Shown one piece after another: positions 34,997-41,853 of a DNA stretch of 60,751 nucleotides. The stretch covers positions 1 to 60,751 of the IMG/VR virus record IMGVR_UViG_3300047552_001108; one strand, given 5' to 3'. The notes beneath the pieces are model-generated. The model ran no database searches. It was not told the DNA's origin and saw nothing but the letters and a program-made list of their open reading frames with translations. Position 1 is the first letter of the stretch. Each line of letters begins with the position of its first letter. The DNA is from a virus. Its lineage: Duplodnaviria; Caudoviricetes. The position numbers and the translations under genes are program-made.

Positions 34997-35532
34997 TGCA
35001 GCAGCAGTCGAAGCAGCGGTTCAACCCCCGCGTAAAGATCGCCGCGCTCTCCCTGAGCGCCGTTGCGTTCGTCGCCACAGCCGTTCACGAGGGCTACACC
35101 GACGAGGCCGTGATCCCGGTCAAGGGTGACGTGCCGACCTTCGGCTTCGGCATGACGACGCACTCCGACGGAACCCGGGTGCAGATGGGCGACCGGACCG
35201 ACCCCGTGTCTGCACTCAAGCGCAAGCTGGAGTACGTGCAGCAGGCCGAGGGCCGCATAAAGCAGTGCGTGACCGCGCCGGTCAGTCAGACAGAGTTCGA
35301 CCTGTTGATGGATTTCTCGTACCAGTACGGGACGGGCGCCCTGTGCCGCAGCAGCATCGTCCGACACACCAATGCAGAGCGGTATGCGGATGCCTGCAAG
35401 GCGTATCTCGAGTATCGATTCGTGGCCGGCTACGACTGCTCGACCCTGGTGGGCGGCAAGCCCAACAAGCGGTGCTGGGGCGTGTGGACGCGCCAGCAAG
35501 AGCGCCACCAGAAGTGCATGGGGCAGCTGTGA
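34996..35532 (+). CDS. Endolysin, GH24 lysozyme with N-terminal SAR-like segment
   Basis: Weakly hydrophobic IAALSLSAVAFVATAV, then EG...GDVPT.GFG.T, SQ.EFD...DF.YQYG and G.W.R...R...C. Confidence 0.88.
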   Translation: MQQQSKQRFNPRVKIAALSLSAVAFVATAVHEGYTDEAVIPVKGDVPTFGFGMTTHSDGTRVQMGDRTDPVSALKRKLEYVQQAEGRIKQCVTAPVSQTEFDLLMDFSYQYGTGALCRSSIVRHTNAERYADACKAYLEYRFVAGYDCSTLVGGKPNKRCWGVWTRQQERHQKCMGQL

Positions 35533-35969
35533 TTCAAGCCACGTTGATTGCCGTGGCCGCTGCAGGCGTGATCGGCCTCGCTGCCGGTGGCACCGCTGCC
35601 TGGAAGTACCAGGGCCATCGCTACGAACGCGAAATCGCCGAGATGCGTGCCCAGGCTGAAGCTGCCGCACGCGAACAGGAGAAGCTGCATGAAGACCGGA
35701 TTCGACAGGCTTACCGTGAAGCGACGAATCGGGAGCGCCGCGCTCGCATGGACGCTGCTGCTGCTCGTGATGCTGCTGACCGGCTGCGCGACGACCTCGC
35801 CGTTGCCGTCCAGGCAGCCCGAGATACCCCAGCCTCCTGCCCTGACCGAGCCGCTGCCCTCGCTGACGTACTCCGAGCAGTGGAAACTGAAGGTCGAGGA
35901 CTGGCGGAAACGTGCGACCGGCACGTCAACGACCTCCGCACCTTGATGCAGGCGTGGCCGGGTAAGTGA
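35529..35969 (+). CDS. Rz: Inner-membrane spanin (Rz-like)
   Basis: N-terminal TM segment, coiled coil, follows the endolysin. Confidence 0.75.
   Translation: MIQATLIAVAAAGVIGLAAGGTAAWKYQGHRYEREIAEMRAQAEAAAREQEKLHEDRIRQAYREATNRERRARMDAAAARDAADRLRDDLAVAVQAARDTPASCPDRAAALADVLRAVETEGRGLAETCDRHVNDLRTLMQAWPGK
35689..35946 (+). CDS. Rz1: Outer-membrane lipoprotein spanin (Rz1-like), embedded in the +1 frame
   Basis: Signal peptide with LLTGC lipobox and a Pro-rich mature part, nested in Rz. Confidence 0.75.
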   Translation: MKTGFDRLTVKRRIGSAALAWTLLLLVMLLTGCATTSPLPSRQPEIPQPPALTEPLPSLTYSEQWKLKVEDWRKRATGTSTTSAP

Positions 35970-36150
35970 ACCCGGCCTACAGAAAGATCGCTGCGCCCGT
36001 GCAGCCGATCATCGCCAGGGAAAACACCCAGGCGAACGCACGCAGCCAACGCGGCGGATCGTAGGGCTCGGCGGGCAGACCGCACGCTTCCGGGGTGGGG
36101 CAGGTGATGCGCCCTTGATTGCAGGGTCCAGTGCAAGACATCGCTTCCTC

Positions 36151-36414
36151 CTATCGGCCGCCCTGCAGCCGCTCGATGGTGATGTTCAGAGCGCCGAGTT
36201 CGTCCAGTTTGTGAACTGACCAGATCCGGGCCTGCCCGTGGATGCCGTTGAAGCTGCCCTGGTGGCAGTCTTTGCACAGCGCCACCACGGTGTAGTGCAG
36301 GCCCTGCTTGATGTGATGCGCGTCGCTCGGCGCAGGCGCATCGCAGACCGAACAAGGCAGCAGCTTGACCCGCTGAACGTGATCGCGCTCGGCCTTGGTG
36401 TACTTCCCGTTCAT
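36151..36414 (-). CDS. DUF968/Ref-like HNH-type zinc nuclease
   Basis: V..LPC.VC....DAHH and LC..CH.G..GIH motifs. Confidence 0.7.
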   Translation of the reverse strand: MNGKYTKAERDHVQRVKLLPCSVCDAPAPSDAHHIKQGLHYTVVALCKDCHQGSFNGIHGQARIWSVHKLDELGALNITIERLQGGR

Positions 36415-36424
36415 GCGTCTGATT

Positions 36425-36733
36425 CTATGCAGGGGTCTTGCTCTCGAACGGCTCCTTGTCGGGAAACCACTCGCTGCGTGAGCGCACGTTGTCGACGGTG
36501 CCGGCCTCGCAGCACACGGTGACGGTGTGGACGTCCCTGTGGACGCCCGGGATGCCCCAGAACTCGTAGGCGCCGATGCCGTAGTCCACCGTGGTCAGTT
36601 CCGCCGGTTGGCCGCAGGCCTCGCAAAGCACATCGTCGTGCCACGCTTTGCAGTCACCACCACCCATACGGTGCGGGAAGCGGTACGACGAGCAGTGGCA
36701 GACGTGCTGCATCTGCTTGCGTTGGTGGTTCAT
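36425..36733 (-). CDS. Cys-rich hypothetical protein
   Basis: C.C..Y.FPHR.G.G.C, CEAC and DYGIG.YEFWG..G...CC. Confidence 0.6.
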   Translation of the reverse strand: MNHQRKQMQHVCHCSSYRFPHRMGGGDCKAWHDDVLCEACGQPAELTTVDYGIGAYEFWGIPGVHRDVHTVTVCCEAGTVDNVRSRSEWFPDKEPFESKTPA

Positions 36734-37083
36734 GCCGGCTCCCCCTGGTCCTCGACGTCGGCGAGGTAGATCGCATCGGTGACGCACAGCACGCTGGCGC
36801 CCGGTGTGCGCTCGATGTAGGCGTTGGCCTGGGCCATGCCGTCCTCCGTGTTCTTGAACACCGCCATGCAGCGGTAGCGCCGGCCCTGGTGGCGCACCAT
36901 GGGCGCGTCGTAGTTCACCCCGGGCGTGCCGTACAGGCTCACCAGTTCCTTTGGGTCGAGCCGACCGGCTTCTTCCGCCGCGCAGGGCGGGCAGATGCTG
37001 TAGCCGGTGTCCCGATTCCAGTGCTGCTGCCACCGGCCCGCGTAAGCCCCGCAGACGCAGCAGTTCATGTGGTGTTGGGTCAT
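36730..37083 (-). CDS. Zinc-finger hypothetical protein
   Basis: CCVCG...QHWNRDTGY.IC..C; AAGGAG RBS. Confidence 0.65.
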   Translation of the reverse strand: MTQHHMNCCVCGAYAGRWQQHWNRDTGYSICPPCAAEEAGRLDPKELVSLYGTPGVNYDAPMVRHQGRRYRCMAVFKNTEDGMAQANAYIERTPGASVLCVTDAIYLADVEDQGEPA

Positions 37084-37268
37084 TTCTTCTCCTTGCAGTG
37101 GATGCACCCACAGGGGATGCCGAGGCGGCGTTGCACGCGGCCGATGCTCCAGGCGTCGTCAGCGGCTCTTCGGCTCACACGGCTCTCCACCATCAGCCGC
37201 ACGCGAGTGGCTTGATCGTCGTGATATCCGGCGATGCGGATGTGTGCGAGGACGTCAGCACGCTTCAT
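37080..37268 (-). CDS. Hypothetical protein
   Basis: Coupled ORF ending in CGCIHC. Confidence 0.55.
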   Translation of the reverse strand: MKRADVLAHIRIAGYHDDQATRVRLMVESRVSRRAADDAWSIGRVQRRLGIPCGCIHCKEKK

Positions 37269-37597
37269 CCTGCAGCCCCCCGTGGTCCTGCCTTGTGGTG
37301 CGCAAGGAACTCCATACGGTTGGAAAACACTGTCGCGTGGTCGGCTGGCAGGCGGTGTTCCTCTGGCTGCCACTTGCATGTGTTGCGTCGGTAGATGGCT
37401 AACCCGGCGCAGCGGCTGCCTTCGTGGACGTGGCACTCCACTACTTCGTCCGAGTGGCAGAGGTTGGCGTACTGCTCTGGTGTTGCGCCGCCAAGCCACC
37501 CAGCCAGCGCGTCACGCCGCATCGGACAGTCATTGCACGGCTTGGAAAGTTGCTTAGTGGCTGGTGTGGCCTCTCCTCTGGCGATCAGCTTTCTCAT
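37265..37597 (-). CDS. Cys/His hypothetical protein (DUF6283-like)
   Basis: PC.DCP.R.D...G, CH and CAG motifs. Confidence 0.6.
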   Translation of the reverse strand: MRKLIARGEATPATKQLSKPCNDCPMRRDALAGWLGGATPEQYANLCHSDEVVECHVHEGSRCAGLAIYRRNTCKWQPEEHRLPADHATVFSNRMEFLAHHKAGPRGAAG

Positions 37598-37746
37598 ACA
37601 GCCCCCCTGACGGCCACAATCGCCGCCGAAATGCCGATGCAGGCGCAGCACACCACGACAGTGATAATCCACATGGCTGCCGTCCTGCGTTGATCGTGCC
37701 GTCGGGCACGCTCGATGTCGGCCCAGGTCTGCTTGTACTGGTTCAT
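37594..37746 (-). CDS. Small membrane protein
   Basis: Single TM segment; coupled. Confidence 0.5.
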   Translation of the reverse strand: MNQYKQTWADIERARRHDQRRTAAMWIITVVVCCACIGISAAIVAVRGAV

Positions 37747-38114
37747 TCCATCACCTCCGGCCGACCAGCCAGCCCGCAATAGCCTCGGCGGCGCGAATTG
37801 ACCAGGGCCTCGCTTTCAACCCAGCAGGCATCGCGGTCCTCGTCGGCAGGAACAAACTCCATGCCTGGGTTCATCCCTGCGGGGCGGTCCGGCTCGATTT
37901 TGGCCAACGGGTCATTGCAGACCACTCTGACGACGTACAAGGGCGGCCCCCACCATCGCCACATTGCGCACACGTTTGCGCGGCAGTTCGCCGTTTTGCC
38001 GGTGCGGTTGTACGTGACTCCAGTGAGCGCTCCGTCCCCAATGCCGTGGCCTGTGATGTGGGGCAGGCGGCTCATGGGGCACCACAGTTTGTTTGCTTGT
38101 TCGGGGGTGTGCAT
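37743..38114 (-). CDS. Cys-rich hypothetical protein
   Basis: WCP..R, C....CAMWRW and GYCGLAG motifs. Confidence 0.65.
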   Translation of the reverse strand: MHTPEQANKLWCPMSRLPHITGHGIGDGALTGVTYNRTGKTANCRANVCAMWRWWGPPLYVVRVVCNDPLAKIEPDRPAGMNPGMEFVPADEDRDACWVESEALVNSRRRGYCGLAGRPEVME

Positions 38115-38329
38115 CACGCCGACACCTCCGTGAAAGTGCAGAAGCTGCGTCGCACGGTGACCGTTTCGCCTGCCTCGCGCTCGTTGTAGTCGAGCATGGC
38201 CTGGGCCTTGCCATCGGTGATGAGAACGTCCGCCCAGGTGTCATCCACACGTTTCAGGACGCCCGTGAAGATGCCCTTGCGGCTGCTGTTGACGCGGTAC
38301 GTCGCGCCGATTCGAAGTTCTGTGGTCAT
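38114..38329 (-). CDS. Hypothetical SH3-like small protein
   Basis: Coupled beta-rich ORF. Confidence 0.6.
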   Translation of the reverse strand: MTTELRIGATYRVNSSRKGIFTGVLKRVDDTWADVLITDGKAQAMLDYNEREAGETVTVRRSFCTFTEVSA

Positions 38330-38336
38330 GGTGGTA

Positions 38337-38552
38337 TCAGCGGTACAGGGTGACGATGTGGCCGAAGTGCTTGTCGAAGGTGGCGACCAGATGCTCGTAG
38401 TCGCCTGCCTTCATCTCGTCGACGATGTTTTTGTCGTCCAGGCCGAGTTCACGCGCCAACCTCTGCGCGGTTCCAAGCAGCACGAAGGCGTTGCCATCCG
38501 GGCCAGTCAGGTCGATCTCGATGCCGCGCTGCGGCTTGCGCTTGATGACCAT
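38337..38552 (-). CDS. Conserved phage hypothetical protein
   Basis: IDLTGPDGNAF.LLG.A and EM..GDYE.L...F...FG motifs. Confidence 0.75.
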   Translation of the reverse strand: MVIKRKPQRGIEIDLTGPDGNAFVLLGTAQRLARELGLDDKNIVDEMKAGDYEHLVATFDKHFGHIVTLYR

Positions 38553-38740
38553 CACTGCCCCCTTGCGCGTTGCAAGCACGCAAGTCGGGCATCGCCGTCC
38601 AGCAGATAGATGCCGTTCCGCTTTTCCAGGCACCGCATCTCGGCCAGCGTTTGCGCGTCCTGGGGGCCGAACATCACCGCGTAGAACAACACGGCTGCCA
38701 GCACCAACAGCAGCAGGCTGATTCGCTTGGCGAAGCTCAT
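38552..38740 (-). CDS. Small membrane-anchored protein
   Basis: N-terminal TM segment and two Cys. Confidence 0.5.
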   Translation of the reverse strand: MSFAKRISLLLLVLAAVLFYAVMFGPQDAQTLAEMRCLEKRNGIYLLDGDARLACLQRARGQ

Positions 38741-39348
38741 CACGCGCTCCAGATCACGGTGAAATCGTCGGTCGCGCCCGAGGCCAGGACGTGCTCGATG
38801 GTCTCGATGACGATCATCAAAGCGGTCTCGTACCAATCGCGCTCGCCTTCAACGCGCTCCTGCTCGAACACCAAGAACACGCCCGGTCCCGACCACTTCT
38901 GTTCGCCAGCGATGGCCGCCTTCAACTTCGCGCCCTTGACCCAAAAGTGGCCGCTGCTGTTGCTGTAGGCCTCGAACGGCCGCTCCTTCTCGGCTTCGCT
39001 CGCAAACGCCGCCAGGGCTTCTCGTTCGCTCGCGCACTTGGCCGATGCCGAGATGAACGTGACGTAGTGGCCGCCGGCAGGCGACTTGAGGTGCATCCGG
39101 TACTGGTCCAGTGCGCTTTCGGCGCGGACCTTCGCTTCATGCCAGTTCGGCTTGAACTGGTAGGCGTCTTGCGGCGGCTGGAAGATCGCGTAGAGGTCGG
39201 GGCACCCGCAGCGCTCCATCACCGAGTTGAACCCGCTGCCGTTGTAGCTGCTGCGGAAATAGCCGACGCGGAAAACATGGCCCGGGTCGCTTTGCGGCAC
39301 GAGTTCGACGGTTTCGTTGTTGCGCTTGAGGTAGACATCGAGTCCCAT
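38740..39348 (-). CDS. Hypothetical protein, first gene of a leftward island
   Basis: MGLD.YL and GYFRSSYN..G motifs; AAAGGAG RBS. Confidence 0.75.
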   Translation of the reverse strand: MGLDVYLKRNNETVELVPQSDPGHVFRVGYFRSSYNGSGFNSVMERCGCPDLYAIFQPPQDAYQFKPNWHEAKVRAESALDQYRMHLKSPAGGHYVTFISASAKCASEREALAAFASEAEKERPFEAYSNSSGHFWVKGAKLKAAIAGEQKWSGPGVFLVFEQERVEGERDWYETALMIVIETIEHVLASGATDDFTVIWSA

Positions 39349-39374
39349 TTGCTTCTCCTTTGGTTGCCGGTGCG

Positions 39375-39446
39375 TATCACCGTGGTGACACTGTTACTCG
39401 GTCGGCGCCTTCTTGCAAGCTCTTTCTATCACCGCCGTGATAACCT
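39375..39446. promoter_or_regulatory. Divergent control region: two operators, a leftward promoter and a rightward extended -10
   Basis: TATCAC-CGTG-GTGACA (39375-39390) and TATCAC-CGCC-GTGATA (39427-39442); minus strand TTGCAA-17 bp-AACAGT; plus strand TGaTAACCT 6 nt before the MuF ATG. Confidence 0.7.
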
Positions 39447-39452
39447 CGGCCC

Positions 39453-40577
39453 ATGCTCGGCCGATACACCCCACTCCGTCCCTTGTGCGACCCACGGGCC
39501 ATCGTGTTCAAGTCCCGGAGCGATGACCTCTCGGAAGTCGAGGCCCTGGCCGCCAAGCTCGAACCCGGCCTTGCCAAAGCGATCCTCGACGCCCTAACGG
39601 CCCAGGGCACCGCAGTGCCGCTCGATGCGCTTGTGGCGGCCCTGGAGTCCGGCGACGTGGGGAAGGTGGTGGCGCTGCTGGACAGCCCGGAGGTGACCGC
39701 CGCTTTCGCCAAGCTGACCGCACCGCTGCAGCAGGCCGTTTATGCGGGCGGCGCGTTGGGAGCGGGGACGATTGCCACGCAGATGCGGGGCGTTTCGTTC
39801 GTGTTCGACCAACTGAACCCGCGCCTGCTGACGTGGCTGCAGACCTACAACCTGGGTCTCATCCGCGAAATCTCACAGCAGACGAAGGAAGGCATCCGCG
39901 AATACTTGTTGGCCGGCATGACGGCGGGGAGGAACCCCAAGGACGTGGCCCGGGAGGTGAAGACTGTCATTGGCCTGACGGATCGGCAGGCCAGGGCGGT
40001 CTACAACTTCCGGCGCGAACTGGAAACCTTCCACCTCCGCACCTCGGCCGGCGGGTACAAGCTGGGCGGCAAGGTCGACCGTGTGAATGGCACCCAGGTG
40101 CTGCGCCCCGATGAGGATGGGCTGCCCCAGGACGGAATCACCGAACGGCGGCTGCGCGACTTCCGCTTCGACGGCCAGCTGCAGCGCTCCATGGCGGCGG
40201 GCAAGCCGCTGTCGAAGGAGCAGATCGACAAGATGGTCGCTGCGTATCAGCGCAAGTACCTCGCCTACCGCAGCCGCACCATTGCACGCACTGAGGCCAT
40301 TCGCACCACGAACAAGGGCGTCGAGGACTCCTGGCGGCAGGCCATCGAGGCCGGGAAGGTGCCGGAGGAACTGGTGCGCAAGCGGTGGTTTGTCACCAGG
40401 GACGAGCGCCTGTGCAAGGTGTGCGGCCCGATCCCGGGCCTGAACCCGCAGCGTGGCGTGACGATGGGGGCACCGTTCAACACCACCAAGGGGCCAATGA
40501 CACTTCCGCCTGCGCACCCGAACTGCCGATGCAGCGTCGTTTTCCGGGTGTGGGAGCCAGAGCAGTTGAAGGGCTAG
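39453..40577 (+). CDS. Minor head protein, MuF / SPP1 gp7 family
   Basis: RSRTIARTEA, K.W.V..DER.C..C and PPAHPNCRC motifs. Confidence 0.88.
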   Translation: MLGRYTPLRPLCDPRAIVFKSRSDDLSEVEALAAKLEPGLAKAILDALTAQGTAVPLDALVAALESGDVGKVVALLDSPEVTAAFAKLTAPLQQAVYAGGALGAGTIATQMRGVSFVFDQLNPRLLTWLQTYNLGLIREISQQTKEGIREYLLAGMTAGRNPKDVAREVKTVIGLTDRQARAVYNFRRELETFHLRTSAGGYKLGGKVDRVNGTQVLRPDEDGLPQDGITERRLRDFRFDGQLQRSMAAGKPLSKEQIDKMVAAYQRKYLAYRSRTIARTEAIRTTNKGVEDSWRQAIEAGKVPEELVRKRWFVTRDERLCKVCGPIPGLNPQRGVTMGAPFNTTKGPMTLPPAHPNCRCSVVFRVWEPEQLKG

Positions 40578-40741
40578 TTGGAGGCTTTGAAGAACGCGCT
40601 CGCCAGCTTCCGAATCATCGCGGCTGCAGCGCGTAGGGCAGTCTCGCTGCGCGGCGATACAACCGCCTCAGCCAAGCGCAGCAACTCGCCCTCCAAGGCG
40701 ATGAGACGCCGGTATACCTGCCTGTCATCGAGCGTGCGCAT
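40574..40741 (-). CDS. Small hypothetical protein, antisense to the head cluster
   Basis: 55-aa helical ORF filling the gap between MuF and the next gene. Confidence 0.35.
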   Translation of the reverse strand: MRTLDDRQVYRRLIALEGELLRLAEAVVSPRSETALRAAAAMIRKLASAFFKASN

Positions 40742-40776
40742 CCGGCGAGAATATCGCCATTCCTGTGAGAACCGCC

Positions 40777-41412
40777 ATGACACCCGACCAGTACGTCCAA
40801 CTCCGTGACCGGATCGCGCTGCTGAAGGCGCGGACGACCACTTTGCTCATTCGAAAGGCCGATGACAACACCTTCCGGCCACCTGAATCCGTCCGATCTG
40901 CTGCGCGGCGTGGCCTCGAATTGCGTGAGAAGTGGAAGCGTGGCGGCCTCGACAACAGCGAGGCGTCCGACCAGGGCATCGGCAGCGGGGTGCAGCGTGC
41001 CGTCAACCTGAAGAACGGCGACGCGATTTCGCTGGCGACGGTGAAGCGAATGGCGGCCTTCTTCTCGCGCCACCAGAAGAACTACCGCCCTGGCGACAAG
41101 GAGTCGGACGGCGGCCCCACCGCCGGCACCATCGCGTGGCTGCTCTGGGGCGGCAACGCGGGCAAAGCCTGGGCTGAAGGCGTCCTGCGCGGCATCGAGA
41201 AGGTGAACGCCGGGTACACGCCCAGCACCGGGTGGAAGCCCAACGACGGCAAGCCGGAGTTCATGGCCTACGCGAAGGAAGGTGAGGGCGGTGGTGCACC
41301 TGCCGCGCCTGCTGGCGGCCCGGACGCGGGCGACGTTCATGTGCCGTCCACGGAGTGGGGCGGCAAGAAGCCCAAGAAGAAGGGCAACACCAACGAAGGA
41401 GTCTCGAAATGA
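40777..41412 (+). CDS. Conserved phage head-region protein
   Basis: PP..V...ARRGL, G..RA..L..G..IS..TVKRM..FF.RH and G.IAWLLWGG.AG..W motifs. Confidence 0.75.
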   Translation: MTPDQYVQLRDRIALLKARTTTLLIRKADDNTFRPPESVRSAARRGLELREKWKRGGLDNSEASDQGIGSGVQRAVNLKNGDAISLATVKRMAAFFSRHQKNYRPGDKESDGGPTAGTIAWLLWGGNAGKAWAEGVLRGIEKVNAGYTPSTGWKPNDGKPEFMAYAKEGEGGGAPAAPAGGPDAGDVHVPSTEWGGKKPKKKGNTNEGVSK

Positions 41413-41825
41413 GCGAAGAACTCGCACGCATCCGCACGCTGCGCCAGAAGCTGAACAAGGCACTCACCACCACCGGCTCGGGCGGCATGCAGGCGTTTGC
41501 CACCATGCTGTTGGAGGCCGCGCCGCTGGCGCACTTGCACCACTTTGCCGTGGAAGGCGTGGGTAGCGACGCCGCTCACCGTGCGCTGGCCGACCTGTAC
41601 GACGGGCTGCCCGATTTGGTCGATGACCTCGTCGAGTCATACCAGGGCGTCTACGGACGCATGCCTGCGCCCGCCGGAAGCCCGCTGGAGTTTGCAAAGG
41701 CGCTGCAGGCCGCTGTCCGTGCGCAGCGCTCGACGCTGCCGCAAGACAGCGAGTTGCAGAACGTCGTCGACGAGATCGCAACGCTGGTCAACCGAACCGT
41801 CTACCGACTCGAAAACCTGAAGTGA
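41409..41825 (+). CDS. Dps/ferritin-like four-helix protein (DUF5856-like)
   Basis: H..H.......AAH.AL..LY..L..LVD.LVE.YQG..G and SELQN.VDEI..L...T.Y.L..LK. Confidence 0.7.
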   Translation: MSEELARIRTLRQKLNKALTTTGSGGMQAFATMLLEAAPLAHLHHFAVEGVGSDAAHRALADLYDGLPDLVDDLVESYQGVYGRMPAPAGSPLEFAKALQAAVRAQRSTLPQDSELQNVVDEIATLVNRTVYRLENLK

Positions 41826-41853
41826 CCGGCCGCCGCCGGGTGAAGGACGCACC

